The translations under genes and the position numbers were made by a program. Below the pieces are notes generated by a model, which saw nothing but the letters and a program-made list of their open reading frames with translations, was not told where the DNA came from and made no database searches. Shown piece by piece: positions 1-6,869 of a DNA stretch of 32,000 bases (positions are counted from its first letter, which is position 1; each line of letters begins with the position of its first letter). Source of the stretch: an archaeon (GTDB lineage Archaea > Iainarchaeota > Iainarchaeia > Iainarchaeales > CSSED10-239); the NCBI GenBank assembly GCA_035390665.1, contig DAOOUC010000005.1, forward strand, positions 1 to 32,000, in the 5' to 3' direction.

Positions 1-79
1 ATCTTTAATTTCATAAATACTTTTAGTATAAATACATTTTTAATAGTAACTAAATCAATTAACTTGAATGAATTAGGTG

Positions 80-502
80 CTATTCCACATCATATTGAAA
101 AGTAGCGGTTGTACTTGGATCATATCCTGTTTTGTATGTTTTTGCTTTTAATGTTAAATCTTGTGTTATGGTTATTGGGGAATTATAAATTGAACTGCTT
201 TCGGTTGGTTCACTCTCATCTAAAGTATACCTTATTATCCCGCCACTTACTATTGTACGTAGAACAATTTCTGTTCCAGAAGTAACTGTGCCACTTGGAT
301 AAGAAGAAAGTGGTGGATAAATTACATAATTTTTATTTAACTCATCTTTAAATATTTTATTTGATTCTATATTTAATTCTGTATTATCTACGGATTTTGG
401 TTTTATTGAAGAAAAATAAAAAGCGCCTACAATAATTGCACCAATTACAAATATTCCAAAAATTATTAACCCTTCTAATGATGCTTGTCCTTTAGATTTC
501 AT
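80..502 (-). CDS. Archaeal type IV pilin-like protein (class III signal peptide) with C-terminal CHB_HEX_C-like beta-sandwich domain
   Basis: The N-terminus MKSKGQASLEGLIIFGIFVIGAIIVGAF has a short basic leader, a KG|Q cleavage context, a QxSxE motif and a hydrophobic helix, as in DUF361/EppA-type archaeal prepilins. The C-terminal stretch GGIIRYTLDESEPTESSSIYNSPITITQDLTLKAKTYKTGYDPSTTATFQY fits the remembered chitobiase/hexosaminidase C-terminal consensus (IyYTtDGs.Pt.sS.lY..Pi.i....lkA.a...G...S). The start lies 2 nt after the stop of the upstream pilin gene (TAATTATG). Confidence 0.65.
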   Translation of the reverse strand: MKSKGQASLEGLIIFGIFVIGAIIVGAFYFSSIKPKSVDNTELNIESNKIFKDELNKNYVIYPPLSSYPSGTVTSGTEIVLRTIVSGGIIRYTLDESEPTESSSIYNSPITITQDLTLKAKTYKTGYDPSTTATFQYDVE

Positions 503-504
503 AA

Positions 505-957
505 TTATTCAGAAATGGTGTATGTTCTTTCTTGTATATTACCATAAATGCTGTTTACACAAGCAATAACTTTAATTGTTGTGGTGCTAGTTATTTCTAT
601 TGGTGTAGTATACAAAGAAGAAGTACAAGTTGGATTATTTCCATTAGTTGTATAATGCATTTTTACATCAGAACAACTGCCTGTGTAATTTAAAGATATC
701 AATTGAGAAGTAGAATAAGTTCCTCCTGTTGGAGAAAAACTAATTGAATTTAATTGACTAGTAGTACAATTTATATTTGTTTTTTCAAATGCTCTAGATC
801 CATCAAAATCAGTAGATTTTGCTTTTTTTATATTCGTGGTTATTGTTGAAATATAATAGGTTCCTGCAACAAGTGCGCCAATTGTTAAAACCGCCATAAT
901 AATTAGAACTTCTATAGACATCTGCCCTTTTTCTTTCGTATATAACCCTTTTAACAT
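505..957 (-). CDS. Archaeal type IV pilin-like protein (class III signal peptide) with C-terminal CHB_HEX_C-like domain
   Basis: The N-terminus MLKGLYTKEKGQMSIEVLIIMAVLTIGALVAG has a KGQxSxE motif followed by a hydrophobic helix. The C-terminal stretch ISFSPTGGTYSTSQLISLNY...VKMHYTTNGNNPTCTSSLYTTPIEITSTTTIKVIAC shows the same CHB_HEX_C-like pattern. An AGGT SD-like element lies about 8 nt upstream of the ATG. Confidence 0.65.
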   Translation of the reverse strand: MLKGLYTKEKGQMSIEVLIIMAVLTIGALVAGTYYISTITTNIKKAKSTDFDGSRAFEKTNINCTTSQLNSISFSPTGGTYSTSQLISLNYTGSCSDVKMHYTTNGNNPTCTSSLYTTPIEITSTTTIKVIACVNSIYGNIQERTYTISE

Positions 958-1030
958 TAAAATTACCTTCTACTCTTTTGATACAATATCTAATATTATA
1001 CCTGTATAATATTTAAAAAAGAATAGTATA

Positions 1031-1050
1031 AAATATAAAAGAAAAAGAAA
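1031..1050 (-). terminator. Possible oligo-T archaeal terminator after the surface-protein gene
   Basis: Directly after the stop codon the minus strand reads TTTCTTTTTCTTTTATATTTT. Archaeal RNAP terminates at oligo-T tracts. The AT-rich background weakens this call. Confidence 0.3.
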
Positions 1051-1149
1051 TTATTTTCTTCTGAAAATAATTATTAGTACAATTAAAACAATTAAACCTA
1101 AAACAATTAAGCCCATGTTTCCTAAAGTCAAGAAACCTGTTATTGCTGA
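1051..1149 (-). other. Tripartite C-terminal sorting-signal-like tail (Ser-rich linker, TGF motif, about 20-aa hydrophobic helix, RRK)
   Basis: The last 32 aa of the 976-aa protein are SAITGF-LTLGNMGLIVLGLIVLIVLIIIF-RRK. The architecture resembles PGF-CTERM-type archaeosortase signals, but with T in place of P. Confidence 0.5.
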
Positions 1150-3981
1150 AGAATTACTTTTTAAGATTATTTTCTCTTTAGCTAAAACTTCTTCAGTTGC
1201 TTTGTCTTTTATTTTCAAATCTAATGTTTTGTTTTCTTTTAAAATAGATGGAGAAACAATTTTATATTGTTTAATTATTTTTTCTCCTGGTAAAATATTT
1301 ATTTCTTTATCTCCTTCAATTACATAAGAGTCATCCAATCCAAAATCAATAATTGTATTTTGAGTAATTGAACTATTGTTCTTTAAATTAATTTTAAGAT
1401 AATATACCTTATCTTGATTTTCAACACTAGCTGATATTGTTATTGGATCTGTTTTAGGAGATAAATCTATAGTAATTGGATACTTCTTAATTAAATTATT
1501 TCCTGAATATAATTCAATGTAACCGTTATATGCTCTTTTTTCTGCAGACTCAGGAATACTTAAAGTTAATGAAATTGATTTTCTATCGTGTGCCAAAATT
1601 TCTAAAGTTTTTGGGGTACTTGAAAATGTTTCTGGAAATCCAGATAGTTTTAATGTAACTGATTTTGAAACAGCAAAACTATTATTTACTGTTGTTGAAA
1701 TGTTTACATTTTTTGACAATGGAGTTATTAGTGTTGGATAAGAAACAATATTTATTCTCTCACTTTCTGAAATATTATTGTTAACTACTGTAAAATATCT
1801 TTTTGAAGAACAATTATTTAAAAGTACATCAAAATAAATATTTGTTGGATTATTAAAATTAGATAATTCTATTTCTTTATTAAAACTATCAAATCCATTT
1901 AACAAAATTATATTTGGCTCTATTGCTAATCCATTTCCAGAAATTAAAATCTTTCCGCCTCTTGAAGACCTATTTATGAAATTTAAATTTAAGTATTCAA
2001 TTGCATTATTCACAGAAATACTTGTTGGAACAATCAATTCAGAATCACAAACGTCATCTGAAAGATTAATTTGTTTATTATCACTTACTATAAAACCAGA
2101 AGTTGTTTTTGTAAGATCACAGGTTTTTCCATCCTCAAACTTTCCTGAAATTAACATCTCTAAACTTCCATTCCCTGTAAACCCAACACTCATTGTGTTT
2201 TGAGAATTAGAATTAACAGTTAATTGCTTATTTGTTACATTTCCTGAAAGACCATATCTGTTTTGGAATAAAACATTTGTTACATAGAATTTTTTATTAG
2301 TATTATTAAATATTTGAATATTATTATTTGTACCTGGCGTTATTATTTTATTATACACCCCTATATTACTACACAATAAATCTGAAGAATCTAATATTCC
2401 TATATTAAATTGCTTAACTCCAATTTCTGTAGTTGAACAAGTTTTACCATCTGCAAATCTTCCACTTACTGCTATTGATCCTTTTGGATTTTCAGTAGTA
2501 CTTACTGAATTTGTAATTAATTCAAAAGCGATTGCTTCTTTGTCTTTAGATAATATGCTTGAATCATAATTTACATTTCTTATTTCTGCTTTATTTGAAT
2601 TGTCATTTATTGAAAGAGAAGTAATACTAAACTGTTGATTAGAATTGTTTGCTATAAAAAAACCATTCTCTTCTGAATAGTTCTCACTTGTGTTTTCTAA
2701 TTGTTGTATATTTGTTGTATACAAGACAATGTCTTTACAACTTTGAATTGTTGAATTATTATTTGAAGAACTCGAACTACTTGTTCCTTCGTTTCTAATT
2801 GTTATAACTAAATTTTCTCTTTTTGTACATTTCTTGTCTTCTCTTCCTGATCTAACTAAATATCCTTCTATTTCTAAATCTATATTTTTTGTAGTTGTGT
2901 AATTTACGCTTTCTGTTTCAAATTCAATTTCTATATCTTCTGTAGAGTCTTCTCTTACTATTGTTGGCTCGTCTCTTATTCTAGAAGATATATATGAATC
3001 GTCATCTATTGTTATATCATCAATTTCAAAATCATAATCTTCTGATTCGTTTACTATTTTTACTGTTTTAAGTTCAAATGATTCTTCATCTAAAGTAAAT
3101 TTAGTATCATCTATAGAAATATCTGAACAACTACTTGTATTATCATTATCTTCATCATTAATATGATAATCTACTGTGTAGGTTTTTAGACACTCTTGTC
3201 CTAAACCATATTTTGCTCTTACATAAATATCAAAGCTTGAGTCTTCATCGTCACTTATTGTATCAGACTCTAAACTTAAATTTACTGTTCCAACATAATT
3301 TCCTGAAACATAGTCAGGATAATCAATATCACTTATATCTAATTCTGAAGAATCATCTGCAGTAACTGATAAAACAGTTAATTCTTCACTTGAGTCGTTT
3401 TCTATGTATAGTTTATAATTTTCTTCATCATCTTCTTCTAAATAAATATCTCTTCTACCTGATAAAAAGAAACTTGAACAAGTTGTTTGTGTTTCTTGAG
3501 AGTTATCGTTTGGATTTGTATTATCATCTACAGGATAAAAATAAGAACTTGGGGCGCCAACAGGATAAACATATGCAGAGCTTGTAGTGTAATAGTTTTG
3601 ACCTGATTGAGCATTAACCTGAATTACATATCCTTGATATTCAGGAGTTAAATAGAAAAGATTAGGATAATAATATTCTGTTGCACTACTTAAATAATAA
3701 GTTAAACTTGGAACTGAATAGAGGTAATCAAGATTACCGGAACCGTTTATTCCATATACTTGCGGAGAAACAATTACTGGAACATAAGAATATCCTGATG
3801 GAATATCTTCTGCTCTAAGTTTTAATTTCATACTTACATTATCGTAATAATTACCATATTGTATACTTAGATATTCTATTCCAGAATCTGTATTAACATA
3901 AGAATAATCTATTGTAAATGGAACAGCATAAACTCCTGCCATTACTAATAACAAACTTAATATTATCATTAACTTTTTCAT
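1051..3981 (-). CDS. 976-aa secreted, probably glycosylated cell-surface (S-layer/adhesin-like) protein with a C-terminal sorting-signal-like anchor
   Basis: Sec-type signal peptide MKKLMIILSLLLVMAGVYA. The protein then has a Tyr-rich region, a D/E-rich region, five Cys-bracketed modules of about 100 aa, and two CARDB/NEW3-like beta-sandwich-looking segments (e.g. LTLSIPESAEKRAYNGYIELYS). By manual count there are about 28 N-x-S/T sequons. The C-terminus is SSAITGFLTLGNMGLIVLGLIVLIVLIIIFRRK. Confidence 0.8.
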   Translation of the reverse strand: MKKLMIILSLLLVMAGVYAVPFTIDYSYVNTDSGIEYLSIQYGNYYDNVSMKLKLRAEDIPSGYSYVPVIVSPQVYGINGSGNLDYLYSVPSLTYYLSSATEYYYPNLFYLTPEYQGYVIQVNAQSGQNYYTTSSAYVYPVGAPSSYFYPVDDNTNPNDNSQETQTTCSSFFLSGRRDIYLEEDDEENYKLYIENDSSEELTVLSVTADDSSELDISDIDYPDYVSGNYVGTVNLSLESDTISDDEDSSFDIYVRAKYGLGQECLKTYTVDYHINDEDNDNTSSCSDISIDDTKFTLDEESFELKTVKIVNESEDYDFEIDDITIDDDSYISSRIRDEPTIVREDSTEDIEIEFETESVNYTTTKNIDLEIEGYLVRSGREDKKCTKRENLVITIRNEGTSSSSSSNNNSTIQSCKDIVLYTTNIQQLENTSENYSEENGFFIANNSNQQFSITSLSINDNSNKAEIRNVNYDSSILSKDKEAIAFELITNSVSTTENPKGSIAVSGRFADGKTCSTTEIGVKQFNIGILDSSDLLCSNIGVYNKIITPGTNNNIQIFNNTNKKFYVTNVLFQNRYGLSGNVTNKQLTVNSNSQNTMSVGFTGNGSLEMLISGKFEDGKTCDLTKTTSGFIVSDNKQINLSDDVCDSELIVPTSISVNNAIEYLNLNFINRSSRGGKILISGNGLAIEPNIILLNGFDSFNKEIELSNFNNPTNIYFDVLLNNCSSKRYFTVVNNNISESERINIVSYPTLITPLSKNVNISTTVNNSFAVSKSVTLKLSGFPETFSSTPKTLEILAHDRKSISLTLSIPESAEKRAYNGYIELYSGNNLIKKYPITIDLSPKTDPITISASVENQDKVYYLKINLKNNSSITQNTIIDFGLDDSYVIEGDKEINILPGEKIIKQYKIVSPSILKENKTLDLKIKDKATEEVLAKEKIILKSNSSAITGFLTLGNMGLIVLGLIVLIVLIIIFRRK
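1810..3480 (-). repeat. Protein-level tandem array of five divergent Cys-bracketed modules within the surface protein
   Basis: All ten cysteines of the protein fall at aa 168/264, 285/385, 415/515, 537/621 and 645/724, giving intra-pair spacings of 96, 100, 100, 84 and 79 aa. Linkers between pairs are 21-30 aa. The closing motif recurs as SGRFADGKTCS / SGKFEDGKTCD / RSGREDKKCT / YGLGQECL. Confidence 0.6.
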
Positions 3982-4015
3982 AAATTTTCATTTCTCCAAA
4001 AATTATAGGGGGTTA

Positions 4016-4041
4016 AATGGCTCTTAGGGGAAAGAACCATT
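4016..4041 (-). promoter_or_regulatory. Hairpin/palindrome in the 5' leader of the surface-protein gene
   Basis: AATGGCTCT (4016-4024) and AGAACCATT (4033-4041) flank an 8-nt loop. On the minus-strand RNA this gives a 9-bp stem with one G-U pair. It sits in a locally GC-richer island about 35 nt upstream of the ATG at 3981. Confidence 0.3.
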
Positions 4042-4169
4042 AACTTTGTCTAATTAATAAATATTTATTGGAGCAAAACCTTTAAAAAGATAGTGATAGT
4101 GAAAACCTATTTGTTTTTAAATATTTCAAATATCTAATAATATAGAAATCCGCTAATTAATGAAAAAAT

Positions 4170-4556
4170 ATGAATGACGATAATTCCGGTACATCTCAAG
4201 ATATTAAGGCCTTACAATCAAGTATACTTGTTTTATCTGAAAAAATAAAATATTTAGTTCATAATGAGAAAATACTTAGTAGAAATATACTTGTTTTAAA
4301 TAAGAAAGTTGCAGCAAAAGCAGATAGTGTAGGATCCGGTAATGGACTTACAAGTGAACAAATGCAACAAATATTAACTGAGATTAAAGAAGTAAAATCT
4401 AAAATCAAATCCATTGAATCAACACTTGAAATGTTTTCTAAAAGATATGCTAAAGCAGAAGAACTTAAAGAAATGAAATACATTGTTGATAATATCAATC
4501 CATTAGAATACACTACAGTTTCACAAGTAAAGAATCTAATTAAAGAAAATAAATAA
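4170..4556 (+). CDS. Hypothetical coiled-coil protein (128 aa)
   Basis: This is the longest ORF in the interval, and its heptad-like charged helical sequence (IKEVKSKIKSIESTLEMFSKRYAKAEELKEMK) looks like real protein. The antisense ORF 4259-4513 looks like an artefact. I did not recognise a family. Confidence 0.5.
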   Translation: MNDDNSGTSQDIKALQSSILVLSEKIKYLVHNEKILSRNILVLNKKVAAKADSVGSGNGLTSEQMQQILTEIKEVKSKIKSIESTLEMFSKRYAKAEELKEMKYIVDNINPLEYTTVSQVKNLIKENK

Positions 4557-4559
4557 TAA

Positions 4560-5393
4560 TTATTTATATCTTTGAATTATATACTCTCTAAGGATATCAT
4601 AAACATTTCCTTTCTTTGTGCCATAATGTTCTAATATCAAAGAATTAAGTTTTGCTAAAATTTCTTGTTTTTCTAAAGGAGTTGAATCTTTTAATTCTCT
4701 TTTTATTAAATCAGAAGATAATATTTCTTGTTTTAATTCTGTTTTTGCTTTATTTTCTAAGGCATAACTAGAATCTATTTTTCGGGCTATTATCTTTAAT
4801 ACTTCTTTTTTTAAATCTTCAAATTGTGCCATTGTTATTCTTTTTTCTTTTGATAACAAAGCTAATTGATAATTAATTAAATCTAGAACTTTTTGCCTTT
4901 GAGATGGATGCAAATAATCGTAATAGTCTATGTCTTCTAATATCTTCTTTATTGCAGATTCTTTTGTAAATTCTCTTTCGGTTTTGTTATTTTTTTTAAT
5001 AAATGATCTAGTATCTAATTTTATCCTTTCTAAATCAGAATATAGTTTAGATTCATCAACATTTAAATCTAATTCGTTTAACTGTTCTAAAATAAAAGAC
5101 CTAATATCTCTTTGATTTTTTTTAGTTAAATCTTGTATTCTCAATGCTGCCTCTTTATTCTTATTTGTGCTTGTTCTAGAATGCCTTTCTTCAAAAAAAG
5201 AATTTAGTTTTGCAATTATTCTTTTAACATAGTATTCTTTTACTTTCTTATTTTGTGTTTCTCTATATAAATCTTGGAAATATTTTTTTTCTTGTATTTT
5301 TCTTAAAGTCGGAATAACAGTAGTAAATATTTTTCTGTTTTTTTCTGGAAGCACGGTTATTGGATTAGGCTTGTGTATTCTTTTAGGTTTCAT
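4560..5393 (-). CDS. Hypothetical lysine-rich helical protein (277 aa) with a basic N-terminal peptide
   Basis: A GTGAT SD-like element lies 5 nt upstream of the ATG, and the start is 6 nt downstream of the archaeosortase-family stop, which suggests an operon. The N-terminus is MKPKRIHKPNPITVLPEKNRK. I did not recognise a family. Confidence 0.6.
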   Translation of the reverse strand: MKPKRIHKPNPITVLPEKNRKIFTTVIPTLRKIQEKKYFQDLYRETQNKKVKEYYVKRIIAKLNSFFEERHSRTSTNKNKEAALRIQDLTKKNQRDIRSFILEQLNELDLNVDESKLYSDLERIKLDTRSFIKKNNKTEREFTKESAIKKILEDIDYYDYLHPSQRQKVLDLINYQLALLSKEKRITMAQFEDLKKEVLKIIARKIDSSYALENKAKTELKQEILSSDLIKRELKDSTPLEKQEILAKLNSLILEHYGTKKGNVYDILREYIIQRYK

Positions 5394-5399
5394 TAGTTA

Positions 5400-5951
5400 T
5401 CACTTATAAGAATATTTAAACCAGAAATAATAAAAACCAATTACAATAATTATTAAAAAAATTCTAAACAAGAAACCGTGCATAAACTCTGCAATAGCTA
5501 AACTGGAAGTAACTATTAATAATATGGTTAAAACAATTCTAAAAATATTAAAGAACACAACCACAGGAATAGTAAATAAAAAACCAATAATTCTTTTTTT
5601 TAGGTCTATTCCTTTAGATGCAAGTATTGCGCTAGCAAGTAAACAAAATTCAATAATTCCAGAACAAAGAAAACTAATAATTATTGGCTCTTTAATATTT
5701 GATACTGTTATCAAAGACAAATAATTAATATTATCAAAAATAAAAGAATTAGGAATATTAAATATTAATTTTAATATTACACTAGAAACATATCCATAAA
5801 AATAAATAATATAAGTATAAAATAAAGTAGAAAAAATCAAATAAAAAAAAGTAAAAAAAGCAATAAACAGAAACAAGAAATAAAACGCTTTCTTGTGTTC
5901 TTCTTTATTTTTTAGGTCTTTTTTTAATTGTTTAAAAAAAGTTTTTGCCAT
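5400..5951 (-). CDS. Exosortase/archaeosortase-family integral membrane protein (minimal, 183 aa)
   Basis: Polytopic hydrophobic protein with the ordered family motifs SFLCSGIIEF (Cys96), FFNIFRIVL (Arg138) and EFMHGFLF (His158). The Cys-to-Arg spacing of 42 aa is similar to that of characterised archaeosortase. An AGGT SD overlaps the rps8e stop. Confidence 0.65.
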   Translation of the reverse strand: MAKTFFKQLKKDLKNKEEHKKAFYFLFLFIAFFTFFYLIFSTLFYTYIIYFYGYVSSVILKLIFNIPNSFIFDNINYLSLITVSNIKEPIIISFLCSGIIEFCLLASAILASKGIDLKKRIIGFLFTIPVVVFFNIFRIVLTILLIVTSSLAIAEFMHGFLFRIFLIIIVIGFYYFWFKYSYK

Positions 5952-5958
5952 GAAAACC

Positions 5959-6354
5959 TTACTTTACAATAACACCTGAAACTAATCCGTCTTGTCCTGG
6001 TCTAGATGTTACTTTTACTTTTGTTTCTTTACCATTTAAATCAACCTTAAGAATTGCCCCTTTTGTTATTATCTTTTGTCTAACAAAATGTTTATTTGCT
6101 GGATTTTCTGTAACATCAAGTATTCTTCCCTTAATTGTTTTATTCCCTTCTGAAACAAGTACTGTTTGTGCATGAGAAATTTTTGTTTTTTCATTTCCAC
6201 CAACTGTTCTTGATTTAAATCTTTTATCTACTTTTGCAACAGTTGTTTTAGCAAATTTTCCACCTTTTTCACTTAAGGTTTTTGTTTTTGCATTTACTGC
6301 ATTATTTATTCCACCAGTGGATTTTCTTCTTGACACTTTTTTCCATTCAACCAT
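5959..6354 (-). CDS. rps8e: 30S ribosomal protein S8e
   Basis: N-terminal W..SRRKSTGG motif, plus ENPANKHFVRQKIITKGAI and VTSRPGQDGLVSGV, all characteristic of archaeal S8e. Length 131 aa. Confidence 0.9.
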   Translation of the reverse strand: MVEWKKVSRRKSTGGINNAVNAKTKTLSEKGGKFAKTTVAKVDKRFKSRTVGGNEKTKISHAQTVLVSEGNKTIKGRILDVTENPANKHFVRQKIITKGAILKVDLNGKETKVKVTSRPGQDGLVSGVIVK

Positions 6355-6496
6355 TTTTAATCATTCCTTTTTATTGTTTTGTTTACATAAGCCATGAAAA
6401 TAAGTAAACTTAAATATATTGTATAAATATAATAAATATAGAAAACTATTTAAAAAGAACATTTATTAGATATTTAAAATATAAACTTGATTATAT

Positions 6497-6868
6497 ATGC
6501 CTCGAAAAATTATAACCAGAAAAATCAATGGTGAAACATATGTTCTTTCAAGACAAAAAGCAAGAACAAAACCTAAGAGCATTAGTGCAAAAGAATTTTA
6601 CAAAATTTCTGGAGAATTATTGAAAGAAGGGGAAGAAGTAAATACACTCGGAGATGCATTAAATAACCCCGATGTTGTTGTTGGATTATCTAACGAAATG
6701 CATTCTAAAATTTCAGCAATACACGAGCAAAGATTATCTGAATTAAATAAAAAATTATTTGAATTGCAACAATTAGCTGCTAACGAAAACCTGCCTATAA
6801 ATGAAATTTTAGAAAAATTAAAGAAAAGAAAAATCATACCTAAAAGAAAACTAATAAGAAAAAGATAA
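6497..6868 (+). CDS. Hypothetical basic protein (123 aa)
   Basis: ORF with basic termini (MPRKIITRKING... and ...KKRKIIPKRKLIRKR) and a helical middle. The antisense ORF 6598-6873 is Phe/Leu-rich and looks like an artefact. Confidence 0.5.
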   Translation: MPRKIITRKINGETYVLSRQKARTKPKSISAKEFYKISGELLKEGEEVNTLGDALNNPDVVVGLSNEMHSKISAIHEQRLSELNKKLFELQQLAANENLPINEILEKLKKRKIIPKRKLIRKR

Positions 6869-6869
6869 T

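Noticed and set aside
1115-3587. Plus-strand ORFs 1115-1327, 1976-2203 and 3390-3587 nested inside the 976-aa minus-strand gene
   Set aside because: They are short and antisense to a long, well-structured ORF. Their Phe/Leu/Ser/Ile-rich translations are what is expected from the reverse complement of Asn/Glu/Lys-rich coding sequence in an AT-rich genome.
3982-4169. GC-richer island (GGGGGTTAAATGGCTCTTAGGGGAAAGAACCATT), considered as a tRNA or small RNA gene
   Set aside because: No cloverleaf can be drawn: there is no acceptor stem and no T-arm GTTCRA-like motif. Only the single hairpin reported above is supported.
4259-4513. Minus-strand ORF antisense to 4170-4556
   Set aside because: It is shorter than the plus-strand ORF and entirely contained within it. 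Its translation is Leu/Ser/Phe-rich and low in complexity. The plus-strand product has a coherent coiled-coil pattern.
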